From contig DASRHX010000677.1 of NCBI GenBank assembly GCA_035650295.1, forward strand, positions 1 to 48,625: a DNA stretch of 48,625 nt, written 5' to 3'. The DNA is from Bryobacteraceae bacterium (GTDB taxonomy: Bacteria > Acidobacteriota > Terriglobia > Bryobacterales > Bryobacteraceae). Within the stretch, counting starts at the first letter, position 1. Each line of letters starts with the position of its first letter. Made by a program: the position numbers and the translations under genes. Below, piece by piece: positions 1-9,028 of the stretch. The notes beneath the pieces are model-generated. The model did not search any database. It was not told the origin of the DNA and saw only the letters and a list, made by a program, of their open reading frames with translations.

Positions 1-1332
1 CGCGAAGCGGCTCGCGTGATGCGCAGCCAGATCGCCCAGCACGGCACCCCGAAGAAGAAGGCCGACGCGCCCACCCTGGCCGATGCGATCCCGATGTACG
101 AGAAGGCGCGCCGCAACAAGGACCGACAGGCGAGCCGTCGCGGTGCGCCGTTGCCGGAGGACTGGGAGTATCACTGCGGGCGATTTAAGACCGTGTTCGC
201 CGATCTCTTGGGCTTCAAGGTCAACACCCTCACCCGCCGCGATTTCGTTAACGCGATGGGCAAGGATGGCAAGTACCCGCTGGAGTGGGTACGCAACGAG
301 CGCGCCAAGTGGGAGGCGCGTTCCGCCGACAAGCGCGCCGAGCAACCCAAGGAGTGGGATGACCGCGTATTGCGCCCGATGATGGTGTGTATGCGCCCGA
401 TGCTCGAATGGTTCTGCAAGGCCGGACAACGCTGGCTTGATCGCGAAGAAGTCGCCGACCTGACGCCCGAGGATTACGACGATGACACCCGTTACTTGCT
501 CCCCGGTGAAGTACAGGCGGCGCTGCGCGAGGCGGACAAACTGCCGCGCGATCTGGGGCTGTTCATTCGCTTCTTGCTCGCCACCTGTACGCGCTCCGAG
601 CAGGCGTTGTGCATGGAGTGGCAGGAGTGCGATTGGGGCAATCCGTTCACCGTGCTCGATGAGGAAGGCAAGGAACACGAGGCGCTCATCTGGATCGTCC
701 CGCGTGACAAGAAAGAAGGGCGCATGAAGGGGCGCGGCAAGGGCGGCAAGGCGAACAAGCTACCGAACCGCGTGCTACTCACCGGCGATGCGCTCACCGT
801 GCTCAAGCGCTTGCGCGCCATCTGGGAGCGCGAGCAGGCGGACCCGAAGAACGCCGGCTATAACGGGGTGTTCTCCAAGTGGATGAAGGTGCAGTGGCGC
901 ACCGCGCGCAGCAAGTACGGCCGACGTATGGAGGATGAAGCAGGGATGCAGCCCTGGGACCGCATGACGCTGCGGCACACGCACGCCACGTACCTGCGCT
1001 ACCTGAGCAACGATCAGTCCATCGTCACCCTGTCGATGACGCACACGCCGAGCACCCAAGGGGCAGCGCCGGTCACCGGCAAGTACACCGGCGTCATTGC
1101 CCGCCGCCAGTTGTCCCCGAACGATCCCCTGGCGCGTCTTGCTCCGTGGCACCTGCGCCTGCACAAGCTGTTCCGTGACATGGAGCGGGGCAACGTGCTG
1201 CACTCGCAGGACTTGAGCGCACTCATGGCGGATCTGGAGCGCTCGCAGGAGGCGAACGATGTGATGGCGGCGTACGGCATTGAGCGCAAGTGGCTCAAGG
1301 TGGAGGGTACCAAGTTGACCGTGGTCGCCTAG
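1..1332 (+). CDS. int: Tyrosine integrase, P4-like family, 5' part missing at window edge
   Basis: Frame 1 is open from nt 1 (REAARVMRSQIAQHG...). Box I-like LLATCTRSEQALCMEW, box II-like LRHTHATYL...SMTH, and a downstream Tyr segment VTGKYTG. Followed by a hairpin plus T5 terminator. Confidence 0.85.
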   Translation, partial: REAARVMRSQIAQHGTPKKKADAPTLADAIPMYEKARRNKDRQASRRGAPLPEDWEYHCGRFKTVFADLLGFKVNTLTRRDFVNAMGKDGKYPLEWVRNERAKWEARSADKRAEQPKEWDDRVLRPMMVCMRPMLEWFCKAGQRWLDREEVADLTPEDYDDDTRYLLPGEVQAALREADKLPRDLGLFIRFLLATCTRSEQALCMEWQECDWGNPFTVLDEEGKEHEALIWIVPRDKKEGRMKGRGKGGKANKLPNRVLLTGDALTVLKRLRAIWEREQADPKNAGYNGVFSKWMKVQWRTARSKYGRRMEDEAGMQPWDRMTLRHTHATYLRYLSNDQSIVTLSMTHTPSTQGAAPVTGKYTGVIARRQLSPNDPLARLAPWHLRLHKLFRDMERGNVLHSQDLSALMADLERSQEANDVMAAYGIERKWLKVEGTKLTVVA

Positions 1333-1359
1333 CCGTCAAGTACGCCCTTGGTCCGATTG

Positions 1360-1384
1360 AGGCCGCCGAAAGGCGGCCTTTTTC
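1360..1384 (+). terminator. Rho-independent terminator after int
   Basis: GGCCGCC-GAAA-GGCGGCC stem-loop (1361-1378) followed by TTTTT. Confidence 0.7.
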
Positions 1385-1448
1385 GTGCTGTCGCGGGAGT
1401 CCGACAAATCACGACAGGCGTCGGTAGCAATCCGTCATTGCCATCCGC

Positions 1449-1486
1449 GTCAACCGGTGGTTGACTGCGTGCCGCCTGATGTCAAC
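1449..1486. promoter_or_regulatory. Three GTCAAC/GTTGAC half-sites upstream of xis-like gene
   Basis: GTCAAC 1449-1454, GTTGAC 1460-1465 (inverted pair), GTCAAC 1481-1486, in the int-xis intergenic region. Confidence 0.25.
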
Positions 1487-1505
1487 ATGAACCTGCGAGG
1501 CTCGT

Positions 1506-1844
1506 ATGGTCGCCCAGAAGAAGGAGACGTTTAACAGCCGCGAGCTGTGTGATCGGTACGGTTGCACGCTGCGCACGATCCACGCGATGGAGCGCAAGAA
1601 GGCCTTCCCGGAGGGTGACAAGTACTCCAAGTCAATCGTGTGGTCCAAGCCCAAGGTGCTCGCCTGGGAGAAGCTGCACATGCCTCACCTGCACCCCGAT
1701 ACCGTCGTCGACGAAGATCCCGAGCAGGCCGCCGAGTGGGAGAAGCGCGCGCGCCAGCGGGCGCTCGATCGCGAGGAAGAGGAAGGGGAGGAGAGGCCGC
1801 CACCGCGTCCGAAGAAGGGTAAACGGGCTCGACGCAAAAAGTAG
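1506..1844 (+). CDS. xis: AlpA/excisionase-like HTH protein with basic/acidic tail
   Basis: N-terminus FNSRELCDRYGCTLRTIHAMERKKAFPEG...IVWSKPKVLAWEK fits the AlpA/Xis HTH pattern. It lies next to int. Confidence 0.6.
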   Translation: MVAQKKETFNSRELCDRYGCTLRTIHAMERKKAFPEGDKYSKSIVWSKPKVLAWEKLHMPHLHPDTVVDEDPEQAAEWEKRARQRALDREEEEGEERPPPRPKKGKRARRKK

Positions 1845-1852
1845 CCACCAAC

Positions 1853-1882
1853 AAAAAGGGCGCTCCGTGGAGCGCCCCTTTT
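1853..1882. terminator. Bidirectional terminator between xis-like gene and repressor
   Basis: AAAAA-GGGCGCTCC..GGAGCGCCC-CTTTT; the perfect inverted repeat 1858-1877 is flanked by an A-run and a T-run. Confidence 0.7.
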
Positions 1883-1891
1883 GTCCGCCTC

Positions 1892-2314
1892 TCATTCGTT
1901 GTTGAGAGGAATCCCGAGAAGCGCGGCCAGTTTCTTTTCAAACTTCTTATCCAGCTTCCACAAGCTGGAGAACTGTTCCATCGCATCTTCGGCGGGGAGC
2001 GTCATCTTGACTACGAGTACCTTCAAATCCTTGTGTTGGTGGTCGCGCAGTTCCAGCAAGTTGCGAGCAACCTCCTTGTCAGGAAGAAGCTCTTGCGGCT
2101 TGCACCCCAGAGCGTGCGCCAAACGATTGAGAGTCTTTGGCGTCGGCAAGCTCCTTAATGTCGTGTAAGTGCTAATCGCATCTTTAGACAGCTTCGCCGC
2201 CCGGGCTAATTCTGCCCCCGTGATCTTCTTCTCTCGCATCTTCGCAAGCAGGCGTTCCCTAAACGCCCGCTTGTCTCCCTCTTCCGTGGAAGGATCTTCT
2301 ACTTTTGTGCTCAC
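1892..2314 (-). CDS. cI: CI-like XRE-family repressor
   Basis: HTH segment KKITGAELARAAKLSKDAISTYTTLRSLPTPKTLNRLAHALGCKPQELL. Divergent from the rightward early genes across an AT-rich repeat-containing region. Confidence 0.8.
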   Translation of the reverse strand: MSTKVEDPSTEEGDKRAFRERLLAKMREKKITGAELARAAKLSKDAISTYTTLRSLPTPKTLNRLAHALGCKPQELLPDKEVARNLLELRDHQHKDLKVLVVKMTLPAEDAMEQFSSLWKLDKKFEKKLAALLGIPLNNE

Positions 2315-2411
2315 CTCTACAGCTCCTAGATATCTAAGTACCGATTTAGAATTTCAAACTAATAACTAATCAACAGTTAGCAGACTAGTGGTGTCTACAA
2401 GAGTAGTAATT

Positions 2412-2431
2412 TGACGCCACTTGTCGACATT
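2412..2431. repeat. Operator-like repeat TGACGCCACTTGTCGACATT, copy 1
   Basis: Exact 20-mer repeated at 2457-2476; contains the palindrome TGTCGACA. Confidence 0.7.
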
Positions 2432-2456
2432 ACTCAACTATTAGTTGTCAGAAGTA

Positions 2457-2476
2457 TGACGCCACTTGTCGACATT
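2457..2476. repeat. Operator-like repeat TGACGCCACTTGTCGACATT, copy 2
   Basis: Exact copy of 2412-2431, 45 bp downstream. Confidence 0.7.
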
Positions 2477-2624
2477 GGTGAAGTTTTCTTCATGTGTTGA
2501 CAGTGGGGCAACGCAGCGGCGAATTTCCACTGTAATTCAATGAGATAAACGGGCTGTTATTGACCGCCGACAGGGGTCGGTCGCAGCGTGTAGGCATCTG
2601 TCAGGCACCAAAAAGGGCGCCCCA

Positions 2625-2888
2625 ATGTCCTACATCGTCCAGTTTGATTACGAAGCCCTGCAAAAAGACTTGGGGTTCCTTCCCGGCGATCTACCTCCAC
2701 TCCTTCAAGGACTGTTCGGAGAAAAGATTACCAAGGCAGGCGTCTATGCCTGGTTTGCGCGCGAGCGCATGACCGTCGAGCGGTTGGTCCAGCTTCTGGC
2801 CATCGTGCGAATTGAGACGGATCGTAAGCTCAATGTCTGGAAGTATATCCGCGTAACGCGCGCCCCAACTACTAAGAGGGCCGCCTAA
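2625..2888 (+). CDS. First rightward gene, Cro-position small protein (function unproven)
   Basis: 87 aa, AAGGG box upstream, first ORF opposite the repressor, stop abuts the next gene. Confidence 0.45.
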   Translation: MSYIVQFDYEALQKDLGFLPGDLPPLLQGLFGEKITKAGVYAWFARERMTVERLVQLLAIVRIETDRKLNVWKYIRVTRAPTTKRAA

Positions 2889-3802
2889 TGCGGATCGAAA
2901 TCTGCAACGATTCTCATTGGCACGACTTACGTAGAAACCGCATTGGCGCGAGTGAAGTCGGGGCGCTCTTCGGCTGCGGCTATCAGACTAAGTTTGAACT
3001 GTGGCACGAAAAGAAGGGAGACCTAGAGCACGCAGACTATTCCGACAACGAGCGGGTGGTCTTAGGTCGGTGTTTAGAAGAGGGAATAGCGAAAGCGGCC
3101 AGCGAGCTGTACGGCTACAACCTCACCAAAGCTACCCACTACTACGATGACGATGACTGCCCGCGCCTGGGCGCGACGCCCGACTATTTTCTAGTCAGGG
3201 GCGGCGGGGAGTGGCCGGCGGAAGTCAAAAATGCCTCGTGGGGGGCGTTCAAAGACAACTGGATTATTCACGAGGATGGTTTCACTGAACCGCCGCTGCG
3301 GTTCCAGTTGCAGGTACAGACGCAGCTCGCTTGCACCCGCGCCAATGTCGGGCTGCTGATCGCGCTCATCAGCGGGGATCGCATCGTGCGCTGTGAGATA
3401 CCACGGCACCACGAAGCCATTGTTGAGATACGCCGCCGCGTCACGGAATTCTGGCGAACCATCGAGGCGAATGAGGAGCCGCCGGCCGAAATGCCGGCCG
3501 ACATGGATGCGGCAAAACGCGTCTGGCGCGCGGGCGATGGCAACGTAGACCTAACCGGCGATCCCGATGTCGAAGGCTGGCTGCATCAGATCCGCGAGCT
3601 GCGTGAACTGAAGAAGCGCACCGAGGCCGACGCCGACGTTATCGAGGGCCGAATCCTCAGCTACTGCGTGACGAACCATTACGCCGCCATCACGGCCAAT
3701 GGCGGGCGCGTCTCCTGCAAGCAGCGTGAGGCCAAGCCCGCGCACACGCGCCTGTTCAAAGAGCAGCCGGCAAAGATCGAACTGCGGATCACGACGCGAT
3801 GA
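2888..3802 (+). CDS. YqaJ-type viral recombinase exonuclease (PD-(D/E)XK)
   Basis: RIGASEVGALFG...FELWHEKKG N-terminal motif and LGATPDYF...EVKN nuclease core. Confidence 0.85.
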   Translation: MRIEICNDSHWHDLRRNRIGASEVGALFGCGYQTKFELWHEKKGDLEHADYSDNERVVLGRCLEEGIAKAASELYGYNLTKATHYYDDDDCPRLGATPDYFLVRGGGEWPAEVKNASWGAFKDNWIIHEDGFTEPPLRFQLQVQTQLACTRANVGLLIALISGDRIVRCEIPRHHEAIVEIRRRVTEFWRTIEANEEPPAEMPADMDAAKRVWRAGDGNVDLTGDPDVEGWLHQIRELRELKKRTEADADVIEGRILSYCVTNHYAAITANGGRVSCKQREAKPAHTRLFKEQPAKIELRITTR

Positions 3803-4020
3803 AACGCCCGATCAGCGAAGGGCGGTTGCGCTATGAGGCGATGCGCTGCGAGACCGCCAAGTGCAAACGCTGCCGCTGCCGCTGTGGTGGCGCGTTGCAT
3901 GGCACGGCGCATAGCGCGGAGTGGATAGCCGAGGAAATCTTGCGAGACCGCATAGCGTTTCAGCGCCAGCCAGACCAGATCGATTGGGTTGGGTATGAAG
4001 GCTTCGACCAATACCTCTGA
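3799..4020 (+). CDS. Small Cys-rich hypothetical protein
   Basis: ATGA overlap with upstream stop; CKRCRCRCGGALHGTAH. Confidence 0.5.
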   Translation: MKRPISEGRLRYEAMRCETAKCKRCRCRCGGALHGTAHSAEWIAEEILRDRIAFQRQPDQIDWVGYEGFDQYL

Positions 4021-4381
4021 ACCCATTCAGCACGACTTGTTTGCCGCGCCGGTGTTGGACCCGAAGAAGGCGTGCGATGCGCGCGACGAAGGAATGCGCC
4101 GCGTCGAAAACCATGCCGACAGCGACGAGCAGGCATGGACTGATCGCGCCTACGCGTTCCTGTTGGGCTTCGCACAAAGCGGCGCGGAATTCATGGTGGA
4201 AGATGTGCGCCAAGCGGCGGCCGGTGTGTTGCCGTCGCCGCCGGATCGTCGCGCCTGGGGACCAGTCGCACTACGCGCAGCGCGCAGCGGACAAATCTCT
4301 GTCGTGCGGTACGAGAAACAGAAGGACGTAAAGAGCCACCGCAGTCCGAAACCCGTTTGGCAGTTAGCGAGGCCAAAGTGA
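3989..4381 (+). CDS. Hypothetical protein
   Basis: 130-aa ORF in operon context; the start may be the ATG at 3995. Confidence 0.5.
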   Translation: MGMKASTNTSEPIQHDLFAAPVLDPKKACDARDEGMRRVENHADSDEQAWTDRAYAFLLGFAQSGAEFMVEDVRQAAAGVLPSPPDRRAWGPVALRAARSGQISVVRYEKQKDVKSHRSPKPVWQLARPK

Positions 4382-4971
4382 GGCGGCGTCGTTGCAAGAA
4401 CCCCGGATTGAGGTGGCTTCCCAAGGCCGCGCTCAGGTGGGTGGATGGCAGCGGCGCCGTCGATTTACTGCCGCGCCAGCGCGCGCTGTATCTGAACCTC
4501 GACCTTGGGCCGGAGAGCGCGATTCACGCGTACCGCGAGCGCGCGATGCAGAAGGCCGTCATGCAGTACATCGACAACGCCTATCCGCAGATCGGCTCGC
4601 TGTGCTTCCACGTACCGCTCGAACTACTTCGCCGTGACGACCAAAGCGCCGGCATGTTCCACGCACTCGGCGCGCGCGCCGGGGTCGCAGATGTCGTGAT
4701 GTTGGTGGCGCGCGGCGCATATCACGGGCTCGTAGTCGAACTCAAATCACCGACGCACCGGCCGACCGATAGCCAGTGCAAATTTCTCGAGGCCGCCCGC
4801 GCCCAAGATTACGCGGCGTGCTGGTCGGACTCCCTCAACACCGTGCTCAAGCTCATCGATGTCTATCTAACTCTGCCGCCGCGCGCTGCGCTTGCGGAAC
4901 TGACACCACAACCGCTGGGGGAAGATCATGAATTCCGTTGTCGCCCAAAAGCCCGCCGCAAAACCGATTGA
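4357..4971 (+). CDS. VRR-NUC domain nuclease
   Basis: GARAGVADVVMLVARGAYHGLVVELKSPTHRPTDSQCKFLEAARAQDY fits the VRR-NUC core (D..E.K). Alternative start at ATG 4546. Confidence 0.75.
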   Translation: MAVSEAKVRRRRCKNPGLRWLPKAALRWVDGSGAVDLLPRQRALYLNLDLGPESAIHAYRERAMQKAVMQYIDNAYPQIGSLCFHVPLELLRRDDQSAGMFHALGARAGVADVVMLVARGAYHGLVVELKSPTHRPTDSQCKFLEAARAQDYAACWSDSLNTVLKLIDVYLTLPPRAALAELTPQPLGEDHEFRCRPKARRKTD

Positions 4972-5854
4972 ACTGATCCGCTCGCAGTTGTACCTGCCAT
5001 CGATGCAGGAGCAGCTAAAGAGCGCGCTGCCCCCGCACGTCAGCGTTGAGAAGTTCTTGCGCGTCGCCATGACCGCGCTCCAGCAGAACCCCGGATTGTT
5101 AACGATGGACCGGCCGTCGTTGTTCGCTGCCGTCGTCACGAGCGCGCAGCTGGGGTTACTCCCGGATGCGCAGTTAGGCGAGGCGTACTTCGTACCATTC
5201 AAGGGCAAGGTCACGTTGATCCCCGGCTACCGTGGACTTTTGAAACTCGCGCGCCAGGGCGACATCGGCTTTGTCGAGGCGGAGATCATCTGCGCCAACG
5301 ACGACACCACTTATGTACTCGGCGATGAGTCGCGCTTCGAGTCGATCGTGAACTGGCGGGACCGAGGGCCAATGGTGGCGGTCTACGCGGTGGCCAAGTA
5401 TCGCGACGGGGGTATCTGCGCCCGCGTGGTGATGACCAAGACCCAGGTTGATGAGATTCGCGCCCGCTCGCAGGCGGCCAATGGTCCGGCATGGTCCGGC
5501 AACTACGAAGAGATGGCCAAGAAGACCGCTCTTCGCCGGTTGGCGAAGTTGCTGCCGCTGTCGACCACGGCCGGCAATGCGTTTCGCCTGTCCGAGTTGC
5601 AGGAAGAGTTGGGGCGCGGTGGACGCGTGATCGAGGGCGAGGTGGTGTCGGACGAGGAGCAGAAGGAGCCGGCCGTCGACATGGCCACGGAAGCGAAGCC
5701 CAAGCGCCGTAGGACGGCGCTGGACAACATAGGTGCTCCCGCTCAACAGGAGCCGACCGAGGGTCTACAGCCGTCTGTAGACGATCGTACGGGGGATCTA
5801 TTGGTCGACCCGGTCACTGGTGAAGTGCTGGGCGATGCGCCGGGCGCGCCGTAA
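4928..5854 (+). CDS. recT: RecT-family single-strand annealing protein
   Basis: LPPHVSVEKFLRVAMTALQQNPGLL...QLGLLPD..GEAYFVPF..LIPGYRGLLKLA typical RecT motifs; GGGGAAG SD. Confidence 0.9.
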   Translation: MNSVVAQKPAAKPIELIRSQLYLPSMQEQLKSALPPHVSVEKFLRVAMTALQQNPGLLTMDRPSLFAAVVTSAQLGLLPDAQLGEAYFVPFKGKVTLIPGYRGLLKLARQGDIGFVEAEIICANDDTTYVLGDESRFESIVNWRDRGPMVAVYAVAKYRDGGICARVVMTKTQVDEIRARSQAANGPAWSGNYEEMAKKTALRRLAKLLPLSTTAGNAFRLSELQEELGRGGRVIEGEVVSDEEQKEPAVDMATEAKPKRRRTALDNIGAPAQQEPTEGLQPSVDDRTGDLLVDPVTGEVLGDAPGAP

Positions 5855-6161
5855 AGGCACCCCGCAGGCGGCCCCCCTCAAACAAGTGGCGTGTGTTGTT
5901 TGCAGGCGGCCGGGAATCGCGGCGGCGGACATCTTCCCGTACTGGTGGGGTCAGCCCATAGGACACAGGTGGTGTCACCGACCTTGCGCAGAGCGATACC
6001 GCGTCGCGCTAGTTGCCGCTCAACGTGCGCGAGCAGCTGGGGGTTGCAGACCAAAGGCCCCGGCAGGGGATGTACGTGTAGGTAGATCACAAGATGTTGC
6101 GGTGCGTCCAGACATGGCGCGCACGGTAACCAAACCACTCCAGAAAGCAAGTAGGAGCTGA
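5835..6161 (+). CDS. Doubtful small Zn-ribbon-like ORF in a 300-bp gap
   Basis: CVVCRRPG...HRWCHRPC pattern, but third-position GC falls in the 3' two-thirds and a competing minus-strand ORF (5878-6198) exists. Confidence 0.25.
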   Translation: MRRARRKGTPQAAPLKQVACVVCRRPGIAAADIFPYWWGQPIGHRWCHRPCAERYRVALVAAQRARAAGGCRPKAPAGDVRVGRSQDVAVRPDMARTVTKPLQKASRS

Positions 6162-6163
6162 CC

Positions 6164-7033
6164 GTGAGCAACATCATCCAGTTGAAGCACGCCGCCAAAA
6201 TCTACGGCTGCGAGAACATCATCGCCGAGGTCGTGACCATCACGCCGGCCGAGGCGACAGCGTGGCTGCGCTGCAATGAGCGCAACCGACCGGTGCGCAA
6301 GGGCCACGTGAATTTTCTCGCCAAGGAGATCAAGGAAGGGCATTGGCAGATCAACGGTCAGGCCATTGTCATCGCCGACAATGAACAGGTGCTCGACGGT
6401 CAGCACCGGCTACTCGCCATCATCGAGGCCGGCCAGCCGATCAAGACCCTGGTGGTCTATGGCATCACTCCCGAAGCATTCAGCACTATCGACACCGGCG
6501 CGGTGCGCAGCTCCGCCGACGCGTTGTATCTGCACTTCAACGAGTACGGGATCGGGATCGTCAAGGCCGTGGCAACGGCTGTGCCGTGGGTGAAGCAGTT
6601 GGAACGCGGTGCGCTGCGCTCCGGCGGCAGCAACAAGATCAGCAATTCCGAAGTGATTGTATATGCGCAAGACCATCCCTCGCTGTTCCAGCGCGCCGAG
6701 CGCTTGCAGTCCTACCCGAAAGATAATCGGCCGCTGTCACTCGGGGTCGGCACGGCGCTCTACGAATACTTCGCGCGCAAGGATGAAGAAAAGGCGGACA
6801 AGTTCTTTCAGGACTTGTTCACCGGCGAAAGCCTGGAGCGAACCGATGTTGAATTCGTGTTGCGCGCGGCGTTCCAGAAGGATGCGCAACGCATCACCTC
6901 CAAGCTCCCGGTCGGCGTCAAGGTCCGTATGACCATCAAGGCGTGGAACTGGCGGCGGCGCGGCATGGATGTCGCGACTTATCAGACCATCACCGTCTCC
7001 CCATCCGAGGACGCGCGGCTTTTCATCATATGA
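6164..7033 (+). CDS. ParB N-terminal (ParB/Srx) domain protein
   Basis: NERNRPVRKGHVNFLAKEIKEGHWQINGQAIVI..NEQVLDGQHRLLAI; GTG start with AGGAG 8 nt upstream. Confidence 0.75.
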   Translation: MSNIIQLKHAAKIYGCENIIAEVVTITPAEATAWLRCNERNRPVRKGHVNFLAKEIKEGHWQINGQAIVIADNEQVLDGQHRLLAIIEAGQPIKTLVVYGITPEAFSTIDTGAVRSSADALYLHFNEYGIGIVKAVATAVPWVKQLERGALRSGGSNKISNSEVIVYAQDHPSLFQRAERLQSYPKDNRPLSLGVGTALYEYFARKDEEKADKFFQDLFTGESLERTDVEFVLRAAFQKDAQRITSKLPVGVKVRMTIKAWNWRRRGMDVATYQTITVSPSEDARLFII

Positions 7034-7245
7034 AAATGGAACATTCAGAATACGCAACGTGCTACGTCAAAGCGCTGCAATGGAATCGGCCGCAGAAGGT
7101 GCCAACCTGGACCGAAGTCGCCGCCGCATATGACGCCGGTCTTAATCACGCCATCGCCGTAACGCCGGCCAAACGCCAGCAGCTGATCCGTTACTTCCGC
7201 GCGCTGCGCATCATCAACGGCGAGCGCAATCGGGGGAAGAAATGA
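7030..7245 (+). CDS. Hypothetical protein
   Basis: ATGA overlap with the ParB-like stop; 71 aa. Confidence 0.5.
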   Translation: MKMEHSEYATCYVKALQWNRPQKVPTWTEVAAAYDAGLNHAIAVTPAKRQQLIRYFRALRIINGERNRGKK

Positions 7246-7559
7246 GCGGTTCCAAGGTGAACCCGAACACATGGAAGGGCGAGATCCGAAGCGGCGGGTA
7301 CATCGCGAGAAATAAAAAGCCAGCGTCCGCTAACTCCCCGCAATGGAAGGGCAAGTACTACCTAGTCGGCTACGGCTGGATTTGGGTTTCATGTTGGGAG
7401 CGTCGCGGCGGGGACATGATGCGGCTGTCTCTTGAAGATATGACAGACGAGCACGCCCGCAAGTTTTGCCAGCCAAAAGGGACCGTAAACCACACCCCTC
7501 AGCCGCGCCAAAATGGGGCGGAATCGGGGGAACCCGGAACCGACGAGATACCCTTTTAA
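7242..7559 (+). CDS. Hypothetical protein (weakly DUF736-like pattern)
   Basis: ATGA overlap with upstream gene; GEIRSGGYIARNKKPASANSPQWKGKYYLVGYGWIWVSCWERRGGDMMRLSLEDM. Confidence 0.45.
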   Translation: MSGSKVNPNTWKGEIRSGGYIARNKKPASANSPQWKGKYYLVGYGWIWVSCWERRGGDMMRLSLEDMTDEHARKFCQPKGTVNHTPQPRQNGAESGEPGTDEIPF

Positions 7560-7649
7560 TCAACAGTTAGTTGAATGCAATTCCAACCTAAGGTAGCTTC
7601 CGACAGTGTGCGACAGAGCCCCTACAGAGGCCTTACAGGAGAAGTCAGC

Positions 7650-7934
7650 ATGAAGATGCTTTGTGAAGTCGAAGGATGCGGCGAAGAATTAACGGAGGGA
7701 TGTGGATCAAAAGGCGGGCCGATGATGTGCGCCCAATGCCGTACCAGTTCCTACTACTGGAAAAAGCAGAGTTTGCCGGCGATGCGATATCGACGCGAAA
7801 GGCTCTCACTGTTTTCACACCGTCTCGAACACTACGATCCGCGCGTCGCGCAGATCATCAACGATGCCAATAAGTCGGTCGCCGGCACCAAGCGCCGCGC
7901 ACAAGCCGCGAGTTCAATTCCCAAACCGCACTAG
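7650..7934 (+). CDS. Small zinc-ribbon protein
   Basis: AGGAGAAG SD; CEVEGCGEELTEGCGSKGGPMMCAQCR. Confidence 0.5.
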   Translation: MKMLCEVEGCGEELTEGCGSKGGPMMCAQCRTSSYYWKKQSLPAMRYRRERLSLFSHRLEHYDPRVAQIINDANKSVAGTKRRAQAASSIPKPH

Positions 7935-7944
7935 GAGCTGATCC

Positions 7945-8688
7945 ATGAAAGAGGTCCCAGGCAGGATAAATACGAAGAATGCGAAACCGCCGAATCCGAA
8001 GCCTTCGCCGAAGGATTTCGTGTGGCCCAGCCAGGACCACGACGACAAGGTTGCAGAGAAGATTGCAGCGTCGCTACAAGAACTTCTGCCAGCCCGTGAA
8101 TGGAAGCACACCGACTTGGCGCGCGCGCTGTACGGCTCTTTCGGCGCGAATGAATCGCCCCGCAATGTCGGCGCAACGCGTCGTTGGGTAGTCGCCGAAC
8201 ATCCCATTCCGAACGAGCAAACCGCCGGGTACATCGCCGAGGTTTTAGGCGTGTCGATGGCGCGCTTGCTGGAACCGGAAGGGAAGTACGATCCGACGCC
8301 TCCGATGATTCGACCGCGATCCGACAGCGTCCGATTCCCGAGCGGCGGGAAGCCGAAGAAGCCGAAGAAGACGAAGAAGGCCGCAACAACGACAAGCGGC
8401 AAAGACAGGGATAAACAGAGGGCGTACAACGCCGCGTACAGAGCAAAGAAGAAGGCCGAAAAAACGGGCAAGCGCCCGTACGTCCGCAAGGCGAAGATGA
8501 ACGGTCACGCGCCGGCAGAAGGCGGCGCGGCATGGGTCTTGGCCGAGGGCGTATCGCCGCCCGATTACCACATCACCTCCTCTGAAGAGCATCCAGGCCA
8601 CGTCGAGCTTAAGATGACAGCGATGTTACCGCTGGAGCGCGCGATGGCGATTCTGCATATGCTCAAGACCGGAGCAGCGACCGAGTAA
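7945..8688 (+). CDS. HTH (XRE-like) protein with Lys-rich central segment
   Basis: AGGAG SD; WKHTDLARALYG...ATRRWVVAEHPIPNEQTAGYIAEVLGVSMARLLEP; KPKKPKKTKK tract. Confidence 0.55.
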   Translation: MKEVPGRINTKNAKPPNPKPSPKDFVWPSQDHDDKVAEKIAASLQELLPAREWKHTDLARALYGSFGANESPRNVGATRRWVVAEHPIPNEQTAGYIAEVLGVSMARLLEPEGKYDPTPPMIRPRSDSVRFPSGGKPKKPKKTKKAATTTSGKDRDKQRAYNAAYRAKKKAEKTGKRPYVRKAKMNGHAPAEGGAAWVLAEGVSPPDYHITSSEEHPGHVELKMTAMLPLERAMAILHMLKTGAATE

Positions 8689-8698
8689 CGGGGAGTCT

Positions 8699-8980
8699 AT
8701 GCGCGGTGTCACCACGGACCTTACGGGCAAGCGTTTCGGCCACCTACTCGTCGTCGGGTACGGAACGCGCCAAGGTCCGGGTTCGTGGTGGCACTGCGCG
8801 TGCGATTGTGGCGAGACGTGTGTGAAGGCGGGCAAAGACCTAACAAAGCGCACGTCGGCCGGGTGGGTTCATTCCTGCGGGTGCCGCCCCGCGCTCACCA
8901 AGTCGATTTACAAGCGACTTACGGACCAGGGCGACCCGCGCCTGAAACAGTTGCACGTGGAACAAGTGAAGCGGGGGTAA
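8699..8980 (+). CDS. Cys-rich hypothetical protein
   Basis: GGGGAG SD; LTGKRFGHLLVVGY...WWHCACDCGETC...HSCGC pattern common in phage small proteins. Confidence 0.55.
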   Translation: MRGVTTDLTGKRFGHLLVVGYGTRQGPGSWWHCACDCGETCVKAGKDLTKRTSAGWVHSCGCRPALTKSIYKRLTDQGDPRLKQLHVEQVKRG

Positions 8981-8985
8981 AGTAA

Positions 8986-9015
8986 CCGCCCGTCGTCGAG
9001 GACGGCGGGCGGTTT
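8986..9015 (+). terminator. Rho-independent terminator
   Basis: CCGCCCGTCGTC-GAG-GACGGCGGGCGG followed by TTT. Confidence 0.65.
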
Positions 9016-9028
9016 CAGCGGACTGCCC

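Larger units (their letters stand above)
2315..2624. promoter_or_regulatory. Immunity switch region (divergent promoters and operators)
   Basis: AT-rich. Contains two exact 20-bp direct repeats, the palindrome CAACTA-T-TAGTTG (2435-2447), TTGACA at 2497-2502 and TGTAAT at 2531-2536. Confidence 0.6.
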
